A stretch of DNA of 64,000 nucleotides from Candidatus Fermentibacterota bacterium (GTDB lineage Bacteria; Fermentibacterota; Fermentibacteria; Fermentibacterales; JCC-6): NCBI GenBank assembly GCA_014728175.1, contig WJMA01000003.1, forward strand, positions 66,191 through 130,190, read 5' to 3'. Shown piece by piece: positions 1-9,422 of this stretch. The position numbers were made by a program, and so were the translations under genes. The notes beneath the pieces were generated by a model, which was given only the letters and a program-made list of their open reading frames with translations, had not been told where the DNA came from and searched no databases. The first letter of the stretch is position 1, and each line of letters opens with the position of its first letter.

Positions 1-119
1 GGAGGGGGAAACTCTATGGTCGCAGAGAAGCCGCCCGGACGGCTGGAGTACGAGAGGTCTACCTCGGCCGGGGAAGCAAGAGCTGCGGTTAGGAGGGGAA
101 CAATAAAGAACTGGTACAA
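1..119 (-). CDS. 5' end of a probable secreted protein running off the left edge (partial)
   Basis: Not in the ORF track. TTG at 119 preceded by GGAGAAGG; translates MYQFFIVPLLTAALASPAEVDLSYSSRPGGFSATIEFPP, a signal-peptide-like N-terminus, open to the window edge. Confidence 0.55.
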   Translation of the reverse strand, partial: MYQFFIVPLLTAALASPAEVDLSYSSRPGGFSATIEFPP

Positions 120-245
120 TGGCCTTCTCCCTGGACAAGAACACTACCGAACCCCCAACGCCCTTGCAAGCCCGCGATCCCGGCGTACGGGAAAAAGTCT
201 TGCCTGAGGCGGCCAGGCCCACATATTAGCGTCTGGAGGTTACAC

Positions 246-1469
246 ATGGGCTCTCTATCGTGGCATCTGGCCTGGCGTAACATAAGAAGGCATCCCCATC
301 GCAGGCGTTTCGCCTTCGCCTCGGTGGTCAGCGTGGCCGGCGTCACGCTGGGGGTCGCCGCGCTGGTGGTGGTGACCAGCGTGTTGGGCGGCCTGGAAGG
401 TTTCATAGAGGAATCGGTCCTCACCGTGGAATCCCCTCTGTCGGTGGTGCCTGAAGGCTCGAGGAGTTTCTCTATTTCCGAGGACGATCTGCGGGCCCTG
501 GACGACGTGGAGGGGGTCTCGGTCGTATCGCCTTACGTGGAGGGCGAGGCGGTAGTCAGGCATCCGGGGATGGACGTGGACGTTGGCTGCAGGGTGAGAG
601 GGGTGGATGCCGCCCGAGAGTTCTCCCTTACGTCTCTTCCCGAAAAACTCAGCTACGGCAACCCGGTGCTCCGCGACCGGAACGGGTTCGGCTGTACCAT
701 CATGGGTTTGTACCTGGCGGAGGAGTTCCGCCACTGCCTCGGTGATACCCTGCTGTTCTTCCCCCCCGCTTCGTTCTTCTCCTCCCGGGGCTTCGTGGTA
801 GGGAGGGCCGTCCTGTCCGGAGCCGTGGAGACCGGTCTTCCCATGAACGACCAGAGCATAGCCTACCTGCCCCTCGAGCTGGCCCGGATGATGTACATGA
901 GTGAGGACGAGTACAGCGGGATTTCCGTATGGCTGGACCCCGGCGCGGACCCCGAGCGGGTGTCGCCGAAGATGCGCCCCCTCCTGCCGGACTGCACCCG
1001 AATAATTACCTGGCAGGAGAGGAACCCCGACCTTACGGCCTCCATGAAGCTGGAGCGGATGGGCTCCTTCCTGGCCATACTCCTTATTACCCTGGTCGCC
1101 ACCTTCAATATAGTGGGAACCGTCTCCAGATCGGTCGTCGAGAGGCGGGCCGACATCTCCATACTAAAGGCCATGGGGGCTACGGGGAGACTGGTTCTGG
1201 AGGTGTTCCTCTGGCAAGGGATTCTGGTGGGGGCCGTAGGGGTGGCGGCCGGCCTGCTCCTGGGTCTTGCCGGATGCTGGGCGCTGCACAACACTGGCCT
1301 GGTGTCCCTTCCCGACGTCTACTCCTTCCATCAGCAGTTACCGGTGGCGGTGGCCGTTCCCAACCTGGTGATCATCTCGCTGGTGGCGATGGCTCTCAGC
1401 GTACTCTCGGCCGCCTTCCCCGCCTTCAAGGCCGCCCGGCTGGATCCGGTCAAGGGATTGCACGGATGA
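246..1469 (+). CDS. lolE: Lipoprotein-releasing ABC transporter permease, LolC/E (FtsX) family
   Basis: N-terminal 'SVAGVTLGVAALVVVTSVLGG', then 'ERRADISILKAMGAT' and C-terminal 'PAFKAARLDPVKGL'; GGAGG RBS. Confidence 0.85.
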   Translation: MGSLSWHLAWRNIRRHPHRRRFAFASVVSVAGVTLGVAALVVVTSVLGGLEGFIEESVLTVESPLSVVPEGSRSFSISEDDLRALDDVEGVSVVSPYVEGEAVVRHPGMDVDVGCRVRGVDAAREFSLTSLPEKLSYGNPVLRDRNGFGCTIMGLYLAEEFRHCLGDTLLFFPPASFFSSRGFVVGRAVLSGAVETGLPMNDQSIAYLPLELARMMYMSEDEYSGISVWLDPGADPERVSPKMRPLLPDCTRIITWQERNPDLTASMKLERMGSFLAILLITLVATFNIVGTVSRSVVERRADISILKAMGATGRLVLEVFLWQGILVGAVGVAAGLLLGLAGCWALHNTGLVSLPDVYSFHQQLPVAVAVPNLVIISLVAMALSVLSAAFPAFKAARLDPVKGLHG

Positions 1470-2476
1470 TCCGGGTCATCGTCGTGTTCCTGATCCTGCG
1501 GTTCTCCCCCTCCGACTCCGCCGATGCCCTGATCACACTGGCCGACGTCCCCCAAAGGGCCCTTTCCTTCGCCAGAATGGCGGCCGAGGAGACCGGAGGC
1601 GGGTGCATTGAGCTGGGAAGGTTGCTGGAGGTATCCGGAAGGTTCGAGGAAGCCTCCCGGCAGTATGGCCTGGCCATGGACTCGGCGACCGACCCGGTTC
1701 TAAGAAACTGGCTCGCGGACCGGATGAGGGGCTCAGCCGGCCTGGACACGGTAATGATGCTCGATGCCCAGGTCATGAACCTCAGCAGCCGGACCGCCTA
1801 CGATCTGACCCTGGTAACCCCGTTGCCCGCCTCCCACCCCCCGTACCAGGCCATACAGCTGGTGGGTACTTACTTCGAGCGGGCCGGGCCGATGCTTCGA
1901 TGCAGGATAGATTCCGTACCCGCTGGTGACACTCTCTCCGTTCCCATCCTGATCCACGTGATCCAGCATCCACACACCTACCGCCCCCTGCCGGACACCC
2001 TGGGCGGGCTCACCCTAAAACGGCTGAGCCTGCTGCTGCGGGATCTGGATATTCCCGAGCGGTACGAGGGCACCGGTCCCTGCCTGGAGATGGCCTCCGC
2101 CCTTCGCCGCATGGCCGAAGAGCAGGGTCTGGAGATGGAGGTGGTGGGAGGATTGGTAAGGAGGGGCGACAGCCTGGTCTTTCACGCCTGGAACCTGCTG
2201 ACCGATTCCAGGCCGGGCCTTCCGATAGACCCGCTTCTGTTCAGGAGCGACTCTCTGCGGGGCCTGGGTCACTGTCCCACGGACATGATACCCGTCTGGG
2301 ACCTGCTCTCCACCCAGGGGCACGAGGTCAGCGTGTACTTCCCGGGTCAGCAGGCCGACCTGGAAGTGAGGATGACCGCAAAGTTCCTAACCGGGGAGAC
2401 GCTGGACGAGCTGGGGAAGGGCTATCCGGCCTCGGAGCTTCTGAGGAGAATGTTGCTGCGATCCGGGGGCGGCTAG
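1466..2476 (+). CDS. Exported protein with TPR-like N-terminus and transglutaminase-like C-terminal domain
   Basis: ATGA overlap with the lolE stop; hydrophobic N-terminus; 'GPCLEMA...GLEMEVVGG...HAWN...IDP' matches the Cys-His-Asp transglutaminase-like core. The ORF-track start at 929 is over-extended. Confidence 0.65.
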   Translation: MIRVIVVFLILRFSPSDSADALITLADVPQRALSFARMAAEETGGGCIELGRLLEVSGRFEEASRQYGLAMDSATDPVLRNWLADRMRGSAGLDTVMMLDAQVMNLSSRTAYDLTLVTPLPASHPPYQAIQLVGTYFERAGPMLRCRIDSVPAGDTLSVPILIHVIQHPHTYRPLPDTLGGLTLKRLSLLLRDLDIPERYEGTGPCLEMASALRRMAEEQGLEMEVVGGLVRRGDSLVFHAWNLLTDSRPGLPIDPLLFRSDSLRGLGHCPTDMIPVWDLLSTQGHEVSVYFPGQQADLEVRMTAKFLTGETLDELGKGYPASELLRRMLLRSGGG

Positions 2477-4080
2477 AAGACGGACCTCCAGACTATGCCC
2501 AGGTTCTCACCCAGGCGGTGGCGGTTGAACGCCGACCTCTCCGCCTCCCGGATGGTTTCCAACCTGGCGCAGACCCAGGACGGGGCCGAGCCGTCCTCCA
2601 CGGCTTCCCGGAAGGCGCCCTTCCGGTAGCCGTACCTTTCCCGTATCCGGGCCACGTCATCGGCCAGCTCCAGAAGCCCGTACCGGTGGGCGGGTCTCCC
2701 GGACGGAAGATCTATCCGGGCCAGGATGGGATCGGTGAGCCCGAAGCTCTGGACCACCGCCCGCCGGGGATTTACGTAGGCGTTCACGCACCAGCTCTCG
2801 GTCGAGACCCGTCCGGCGTCCCCGCTCCGGCGGTAGCGGGTCTCCGCCGCACCCCAGGATAGAAAATCCGCCGATTCGAAGGGCGGGGGCGAAAAGCCGG
2901 ACTCGTGCAGCCGGTGAACGGAAGCGTCCTTGATCAACATGAAGGCCTCCTGGCCGGGCTCGGCCCGCAGAAGAAGGGGATGGTGTCTCAGCTGTCGGGG
3001 ATAGTTGGAGCCCTCCCACAGGGCGAAGGCGGCGCACAGGACGTAGATGTAACGGCGGCCTTTCCGAAAGCGCTCGGCCACCGTCTCCAAGAGCCCCCCG
3101 GTGGCCAGAACGACCAGACAGAATGGAAAGGCCAGGAACCGGAAGTGCCGGGGGTCTCCACCTATCTTCACCACGTACAGCAACACTGGGAGAGCGGTCA
3201 GGGCCATCACCCCTCTGGGGACGGCCAGCATGTTTCGGCGACCTCTGCTTCTGCACAGGGCCACCAGCACCACCAGAGCGGCCAGCAGGTAGGGCACGGT
3301 ATGGTAGGCTATGAGGGCGTCGCAGAGGTACCGCAGGCCCTGGGATATCCAGACCTCGTCCTTCAGGTAGAAGGTGTTGGGCAGCAAGGAGGCGTAATAC
3401 CAGACCCGGAACAGCAGGTAGCCGCCGGTTCCCACCAGAAAAGACACCACCATCGGAACGGGCGTCTTCCTTCTGCGGTAGGCGTTGTATGCCAGCACCA
3501 CCAGCATGGGCGGCAGGAGCTCGGGGCGAACCAGGGGCGAGATTCCCACCGCGATCTGCATCCAGGTGCTCGCGGGCCATAGAACCGCCGCCGCGAATAC
3601 CGCCGACCAAAGACCGACCAAAGGGCCCTCCAGGCCGGAGGTGAAGTAGCAGATCACCCCGTAGGTGAACGTCAGGTACACCAGGGGAAGGTTCAGGCCG
3701 AAGCTCTTCCCGGACAGGGCCGGGGTGAGTTTCCGGTTGACCAGGCAGGCCAGCCACCAGAAGGCCGCGAAGCAGAGCATGCCCACCAGCCTGACCACCA
3801 GCCAGTAGTTGAGACGCAGAACTCGCAGCGCCGACAGCAGAAGCGTCCACAGAGGGGAGGAGAACCCCTCCACGTACTCCCCGGGATTCCAGACCAGTCC
3901 GTTTCCGTGTATCAGCAGATTGTCCACGTACCTGAAGTAGACGTAGGCGTCGTCGATCAGCCAGGCCAGCCAGAGGACCATCGCTTCCCCCAGAACCAGG
4001 CACCCCAGCTCCACCAACGAAGGGCTGAACCTCCAGGGAATACGTTCCCGGCGGGCCATCGGCGTCGATTCTTCTTTCAT
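2473..4080 (-). CDS. Polytopic membrane GT-C glycosyltransferase (AftB-like)
   Basis: 'DDAYVYFRYVDNLLIHGNGLVWNPGEYVEGFSSPLW', 'SGLE', 'RPE', 'LPNTFYLK' motifs; many TM helices; ATG 4080 has a GGAGG RBS. Confidence 0.7.
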   Translation of the reverse strand: MKEESTPMARRERIPWRFSPSLVELGCLVLGEAMVLWLAWLIDDAYVYFRYVDNLLIHGNGLVWNPGEYVEGFSSPLWTLLLSALRVLRLNYWLVVRLVGMLCFAAFWWLACLVNRKLTPALSGKSFGLNLPLVYLTFTYGVICYFTSGLEGPLVGLWSAVFAAAVLWPASTWMQIAVGISPLVRPELLPPMLVVLAYNAYRRRKTPVPMVVSFLVGTGGYLLFRVWYYASLLPNTFYLKDEVWISQGLRYLCDALIAYHTVPYLLAALVVLVALCRSRGRRNMLAVPRGVMALTALPVLLYVVKIGGDPRHFRFLAFPFCLVVLATGGLLETVAERFRKGRRYIYVLCAAFALWEGSNYPRQLRHHPLLLRAEPGQEAFMLIKDASVHRLHESGFSPPPFESADFLSWGAAETRYRRSGDAGRVSTESWCVNAYVNPRRAVVQSFGLTDPILARIDLPSGRPAHRYGLLELADDVARIRERYGYRKGAFREAVEDGSAPSWVCARLETIREAERSAFNRHRLGENLGIVWRSVF

Positions 4081-4243
4081 CCTGAGCCCTCCGATCAGCC
4101 CATGCATCATCCAGCGCCCGGCCTCAGTCAAGAGCGCCCGGGCCGCGGAAGGCCCGGCGCGGGTAGCCTCGACCCAAGCCCATGGTAGGTGTAAACTACC
4201 CTTCGACGGCGACTGAGCGGACATGGGAAAGGACAGGTTTTCG

Positions 4244-6061
4244 ATGATCAAGTACCTAGCTTTGGTGATCTTGCTTGCGATGATAGCGGCCTGTGGGGAC
4301 GGCCGGGCTCCCCGGGGAGGCGACGTGGACGCGATCGTGGGCAGATATGTGGAGGCCGTAGGGGGCCGAGAAAGGTTGGAATCTCTTCAGGTGGTACATA
4401 CCATCGACAGCCTGGAGATAGCCGGTCTGCGGGGACGAAGCGAGTCCTGGTGGAGCAAGACCCCCTTCAGGGGCCGGAGCGTTGTCGAGCTGGGCCCTGT
4501 AAGGCAGGAGGTGCTGGTTCTCGGTGACAGCGTCTGGTCGGTGGATCACAACGGCCAGCTGTCCTCCGGCGACCCCCAGGCCCGGACCGAGGCCGACCTG
4601 GCCAGGATGACCGTGTTCTACGACGCCTTTCTCCGCCCGGAGGGCATCACCCTCGTGGGGGACACCACCCTGGAGGACGGCCCGGCGGTGGGCCTGAGCC
4701 TGGGCGAAGGAAGCCCGGTGCGCATCTACCTTTCCCGGGAAACTTGGCTGCCCGTACTGCTGACCGCCGAGGTGATGGGAATGGAGATAAGGCAGTATCC
4801 CGAGAACTACAGGGAGATCGACGGAGTGGTGGTGGCCACCTCCACCGTGGACTCCGTGCCGGCCTTGGGGCAGGCCAGCGTATCGAAAAACGTACTTACG
4901 GAGTTCGACGTGCCGGTCCCGGACACCGTGTTCAATCCCATGACCGCGTCCCTGGACTCCGAGCTACTATCCCCCGGAGAGGCCCATCCGTTCGATCTGA
5001 TCGGTCAGCACATATACATGGAGGGAACCGTATGTGGCAGGCCGGTGACTATCCTGCTGGACAGCGGAGCGGGGGCCACGGTGATCGATTCCACGCTGGC
5101 CACCGAGCTGGGTCTGGAAGGGGTGGGCGAGTTCGTCGCCGGGGGAGTGGGCGGAGCCCAAACCTTCTCTTTCGTCGAGGTTCCCCGGTACGGACTGGCT
5201 TCCGCCCGGGTCACCGGCCAGAACGTGGCGGTGATGCCTTTGTCCGAGGCCTTCTATCCGTCGACCGGCAAGCACATACAGATGGTGGTTGGCTACGATT
5301 TCCTCAGCAGGTTCGTCACCCGAATCGACTACGGCTCCCGCCTGATCACCCTCTACGAACCGGAGGAGTTCAACTACGAGGGTGACGGAGTCTCTATTTC
5401 CGCCTCCTGCGAGATGAGCGTGCTGTCCCTGGAAGCGGTTTTGGAGGATACCGTTGCGGTCAAGCTTCTTCTGGATACGGGCGCCGGAGGAAACCTACAC
5501 CTTACCGAGAGGTTCCTGGACGAGCACCCGGCATTCCTGGGTGACAGGCCCTCGTTCCAGACCCAGTTCCAGGGGTTGGGCGGTGAGGAAACCGCGACGG
5601 TCTTCAGGATAGACAGCCTCACCCTGGGCGATTTCACCGTGCCCGGCGGGCTCTGCTCCAGCTTTCAGGGCCCTCCCATGCTGCAGGCTTACGACGGCAT
5701 ACTGGGCACCGGGGTTCTGGCCAGGTTCGCGGTGTGGCTGGACTACGACCGGGAAAGGGTGATCCTGGAAAGATCCTCTCTGTTCGAGGAAGGCCTACCG
5801 GAGGACATGACCGGTCTCAGCCTGCGCATATACGAAGACAGGCTGGTCGTCGACGCCGTCGTAGAGGGCTCGGCTGCCGATGAGGCCGGGGTGATACCCG
5901 GCGACACGCTGGTCTCGATAGAGGGGCTCGCGGTGGACAGCGCTCGCTTCACCGAGCTGAGAGACCTGCTGCCCGAGGAAGAGGGAGAAACCTTCACCTT
6001 GGTGGTCAAAAGGGAGGACCGGGAGCTTCCCCTGACCGTTACGACCAGGAGGCACCTGTAG
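4244..6061 (+). CDS. Lipoprotein with two retropepsin-like aspartyl protease domains and a C-terminal PDZ domain
   Basis: Lipobox MIAAC; 'LLDSGA' and 'LLDTGA' with 'VGYDFLSRF' and 'GILGTGVL' flaps; PDZ 'VVEGSAADEAGVIPGDTLVSIEG'. Confidence 0.8.
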   Translation: MIKYLALVILLAMIAACGDGRAPRGGDVDAIVGRYVEAVGGRERLESLQVVHTIDSLEIAGLRGRSESWWSKTPFRGRSVVELGPVRQEVLVLGDSVWSVDHNGQLSSGDPQARTEADLARMTVFYDAFLRPEGITLVGDTTLEDGPAVGLSLGEGSPVRIYLSRETWLPVLLTAEVMGMEIRQYPENYREIDGVVVATSTVDSVPALGQASVSKNVLTEFDVPVPDTVFNPMTASLDSELLSPGEAHPFDLIGQHIYMEGTVCGRPVTILLDSGAGATVIDSTLATELGLEGVGEFVAGGVGGAQTFSFVEVPRYGLASARVTGQNVAVMPLSEAFYPSTGKHIQMVVGYDFLSRFVTRIDYGSRLITLYEPEEFNYEGDGVSISASCEMSVLSLEAVLEDTVAVKLLLDTGAGGNLHLTERFLDEHPAFLGDRPSFQTQFQGLGGEETATVFRIDSLTLGDFTVPGGLCSSFQGPPMLQAYDGILGTGVLARFAVWLDYDRERVILERSSLFEEGLPEDMTGLSLRIYEDRLVVDAVVEGSAADEAGVIPGDTLVSIEGLAVDSARFTELRDLLPEEEGETFTLVVKREDRELPLTVTTRRHL

Positions 6062-7043
6062 CCCCGCTCTGTCGGCCCAGGTGCTCGTAACCGGGATCGG
6101 TTACTCTGATCTCCCTGCCTCCGCGGGTAACGTGCAGCTTTCCCGATCCTTCGGAGGCGTGGCCGATCATGGTGAATCCCTCCCCCGCCAGGTCCAGCTC
6201 GGCGGGGGCACCGAACACCAGCACGAAGTCCTCCCCGGCGCCGGCGGCCTCCAGCGGTCTGGGCCGTACCGAGTCGAAGAAGGGAACCAGATCCAGGTCC
6301 ACCCAGGTGTCGATACCGCTCTCCACGGCCAGGTGCTCGGCTTCGCTCAGCACTCCGTCGGACACGTCTATCGCGCACCGGATACCCATGTGACGTAAAA
6401 GCTTTCCCTCCCGCAGGTGCGCCCGGGGCCTGAGAAAGGCCCTGACCTGCTCCAGCTCCACGGAGGTCAACGCCTCGTACCTGGGGGACAGCTCGTCGCC
6501 GAAAAGCCCCCCTGCGGACTCTATCAGCCCGGGAGCGCCCAGGGCCCTGCCCACCCGCCCGGTCACCCACAGCCGGTCGCCCTCCGACAGACCGGACCTC
6601 CTGAGCAAGGGGTTCTCGTTCTCGCCCTCGCCCTCCGCGATCACCGTAAGGGTTACCCCAAGCCGGTCGCCGGATACGGTCTCTCCTCCGGCCAGCACCG
6701 GCTCCGACCTGTGCTGAAAGCCTCGATAAAGATCCTCCAGCCAGCCGACCCGGGTCTGGGAGGGCAGTATGAGCGAAACCAGGGACCACCGCGGCTCGGC
6801 TCCCATGGCGGCCACGTCGGAAAGAGTCGCCTCCACCAACCTTCGCCCCAGCATACGGGGACTCGTCCACCAGAGGAAAAAATGGGATCCTTCCAGGAAG
6901 CTGTCGGTGGTCACTACCGGCCGGCGAAGCTCCGCGGGCAGCTCGGCGGCGTCGTCTCCGGCCAGGGATAGCCGAGGGAAGGTCTTCCTAAGCCTTCTCA
7001 GAAGGGCCCGCTCGCCCATATCGGAGACGGTCAGGTCTTCCAT
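6039..7043 (-). CDS. thiL: Thiamine-monophosphate kinase
   Basis: 'GDDAA', 'TTDSFLEGSHF', 'LSDVAAMGAEP', 'IDVSDG', 'GEDFVLVF'. Confidence 0.9.
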   Translation of the reverse strand: MEDLTVSDMGERALLRRLRKTFPRLSLAGDDAAELPAELRRPVVTTDSFLEGSHFFLWWTSPRMLGRRLVEATLSDVAAMGAEPRWSLVSLILPSQTRVGWLEDLYRGFQHRSEPVLAGGETVSGDRLGVTLTVIAEGEGENENPLLRRSGLSEGDRLWVTGRVGRALGAPGLIESAGGLFGDELSPRYEALTSVELEQVRAFLRPRAHLREGKLLRHMGIRCAIDVSDGVLSEAEHLAVESGIDTWVDLDLVPFFDSVRPRPLEAAGAGEDFVLVFGAPAELDLAGEGFTMIGHASEGSGKLHVTRGGREIRVTDPGYEHLGRQSGATGASWS

Positions 7044-7045
7044 TG

Positions 7046-7906
7046 CTATCGTCTTACGACGACCTCCAGCTCTTTCATCCTCTCCGGATCCCGGGCCTCG
7101 GGGGAGGTTATGAAGCAGTTTTGGACCCCCTCCCGACAGGAGCAGTTCCGCCGGTCCTCGGCCCCCAGCTTTTTCACCGCCGACCGAAGGGTCCTCTTCG
7201 CCAGCTCGACGTTGTGCATGAGGTTCTCAACGATCTTCTCGACGCTGACCTCCTCCTCGGTGGAATGCCAGACATCGTAGTCGGTGGTCATGGCCAGCAG
7301 CCCGTAGCAGATGCCGGCCTCCCTGGCCAGCTTGGCCTCCGGCACGGCCGTCATCCCTATGACATCCATTCCCATCCTCCTGTATTGCTCGCTCTCCGCC
7401 CTGGTGGAGAACATCGGCCCTTCCATACATACGTAGGTACCCTCCGGATGGACGGTCGCTCCCGATTCCCGGGCCGACTCCGCAACCACCCGGCGGACGT
7501 TCCCGCAGAACGGGCAGGCGAATCCAACGTGCGCCACCGCCCCCTTTCCAAAGAACGTCTGCCTTCTCACGCCCTTCGTCCTGTCGAACAGCTGATCGGG
7601 AACCACGAAGTCCCTGGGCCTGATGGGTTCCCGGAGACTACCCACGGCCGAGACCGCCACTACGGTCCTTACGTCGAGCTTCTTCAGGGCGTATATGTTT
7701 GCGGCAAAGGGAACCTCCGAAGGCATGTAGCGATGGCCGGATCCATGACGGGCGAGAAAAGCCAGTGGTACGTCCGCCAGACGGGCCAGGCTGATGGGGC
7801 CGGATGGGCTACCGAAGGGAGTGGAGGGAGAGACCTCTTCTTCCCTCTCCAGACCTTCCATGTCGTACAGCCCCGTCCCTCCTATGATGCCTATTCGTTC
7901 GGTCAT
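7046..7906 (-). CDS. mtnP: S-methyl-5'-thioadenosine phosphorylase
   Basis: 'IGIIGGTGLY', 'FLARHG', 'EGPMFSTRAES', 'GMTAVPEAKLAREA', 'TDYDVW'. Confidence 0.92.
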   Translation of the reverse strand: MTERIGIIGGTGLYDMEGLEREEEVSPSTPFGSPSGPISLARLADVPLAFLARHGSGHRYMPSEVPFAANIYALKKLDVRTVVAVSAVGSLREPIRPRDFVVPDQLFDRTKGVRRQTFFGKGAVAHVGFACPFCGNVRRVVAESARESGATVHPEGTYVCMEGPMFSTRAESEQYRRMGMDVIGMTAVPEAKLAREAGICYGLLAMTTDYDVWHSTEEEVSVEKIVENLMHNVELAKRTLRSAVKKLGAEDRRNCSCREGVQNCFITSPEARDPERMKELEVVVRR

Positions 7907-7984
7907 GTTCCCCCCAGGGTTGAGATCAAACGCACCAACCCGGTAAATATAGGCAACGACCCGAATACCGAAAGGAAGCCGCGG

Positions 7985-9049
7985 ATGAAGGAAGGCGGCG
8001 GGGGCAAGCCTTTGAGAATAGCCAGCCTGACCAGGGAGCGTCTAAGCGAATGGATGGTGGAGGATCTGGGACTGCGATCGTTCAGGGCCGATCAGCTCTT
8101 CTCGTGGATGCACGGCAGAAGGGTCCGCAACTTCGGGGAGATGACCGATCTGGCCAAGGGGCTTAGGGCCGAGCTGGAGAGCCGATCGATTCTGGTCAAC
8201 TCTCTCCGACCCACCGAAAGCCAATACTCTTCCGACGGTACGACCAAGTACGTACTAGGGCTGCCCGACGGGACGGTGGTGGAGTCCGTTCTCATACCCG
8301 ATCCCCCCAGGCTAACTGCCTGCCTTTCGTCCCAGGTGGGATGCAGGATGGGCTGCAGATTCTGTCAGACCGGGCTTACCGGCTTCGTCAGGGATCTTCT
8401 GGCAGACGAAATCGTGTCCCAGCTGTACAGCATGCAGGAGCTTTCCGGACGAAGGATCACCAACGTGGTCCTGATGGGAATGGGTGAGCCGCTGGACAAC
8501 ATCGAGGCCACCCTGTCCGCACTGTCCATCATCAATGACGATCGGGGTATCTGTATAGGTTGTAGAAAGATAACCGTTTCTACGGTGGGAGTGGTGCCCG
8601 GCATATACCGGCTGGCCGAGAGCGGAAGCCAGTACGGTCTGGCGTTGTCTCTTCACAGCGCCGTGGAGAGCGTCCGCAGAAGCCTGGTTCCCGCCTCCGG
8701 CCGATGGCCGCTCCCGGAGGTCCGCCAGGCCCTCTCGGACTACGCCTCCGTCACCGGTCGCAGGGTCACCCTGGAATACTGCATCCTGAAGGGGGTTAAC
8801 GACGGTGTCGACCAGGCGCAGGCCCTTGCCGAGTTCGCCTCCGGCATTCCGTGCAAGATAAATCTCCTGGCGTACAATCCGGTGCAAGGGTTGGATTACC
8901 GAACGCCCTCGGACTCCGGGGTGGCCCGCTTCGCCCAATACCTCTATCCGAGGTGCCCGGCGGTCACCGTGCGCAGATCGAGGGGCACGGAGGTATCGGC
9001 GGCCTGCGGCCAGTTGGGCACGTCGCTTTCCGGCGGCGGGGGATCGTAG
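7985..9049 (+). CDS. rlmN: 23S rRNA m2A2503 methyltransferase (radical SAM)
   Basis: 'CLSSQVGCRMGCRFCQTG', 'MGMGEP', C-terminal 'AACGQL'. The ORF-track start at 7043 is a spurious extension antisense to mtnP. Confidence 0.92.
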   Translation: MKEGGGGKPLRIASLTRERLSEWMVEDLGLRSFRADQLFSWMHGRRVRNFGEMTDLAKGLRAELESRSILVNSLRPTESQYSSDGTTKYVLGLPDGTVVESVLIPDPPRLTACLSSQVGCRMGCRFCQTGLTGFVRDLLADEIVSQLYSMQELSGRRITNVVLMGMGEPLDNIEATLSALSIINDDRGICIGCRKITVSTVGVVPGIYRLAESGSQYGLALSLHSAVESVRRSLVPASGRWPLPEVRQALSDYASVTGRRVTLEYCILKGVNDGVDQAQALAEFASGIPCKINLLAYNPVQGLDYRTPSDSGVARFAQYLYPRCPAVTVRRSRGTEVSAACGQLGTSLSGGGGS

Positions 9050-9050
9050 G

Positions 9051-9422
9051 ATGAGAGGCAAGTCCCCCGTTCCCCGCAGGGCCTCCAGGCTGGCATGGTC
9101 GATCGGCGCCAGCGGAAGTCTTTGCTGGATGGCGCTCCCCATGGGTATCCTGTTGGCCGGGGGAAGATTCCTGGGAGCCCTCTGCTGTCTGGCCATCCTG
9201 GCCGGCGGGTTGTTCTACGTGTATGCGGGCGCTCCCTGGAAGCACCGGGGAACGCCATTCTGGAAGATCTACCTGGGGCTGCTGGGATTCGTGCTCGGAG
9301 GGGGGGGCTTGATAATCGTCCTCTGGTTCGGAGACAGTATGGGCAAGTTGGGTCCGCGGTACGCCCTATGTCTGCTACCGCTGTTTCTACCCGCGTTCCT
9401 GGGCGGCTCCGAGAGCTCCTAG
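9051..9422 (+). CDS. Small membrane protein, unknown function
   Basis: Starts 2 nt after the rlmN stop; about four hydrophobic segments. Confidence 0.6.
   Translation: MRGKSPVPRRASRLAWSIGASGSLCWMALPMGILLAGGRFLGALCCLAILAGGLFYVYAGAPWKHRGTPFWKIYLGLLGFVLGGGGLIIVLWFGDSMGKLGPRYALCLLPLFLPAFLGGSESS

Noticed and set aside
929-1465. N-terminal extension of the 515-aa ORF
   Set aside because: Off-frame overlap with lolE; the ATGA-coupled start at 1466 gives a signal-like N-terminus.
7043-9049. 668-aa ORF suggesting an N-terminally extended RlmN
   Set aside because: The first ~310 codons are the antisense shadow of mtnP; RlmN homology starts near 7985.
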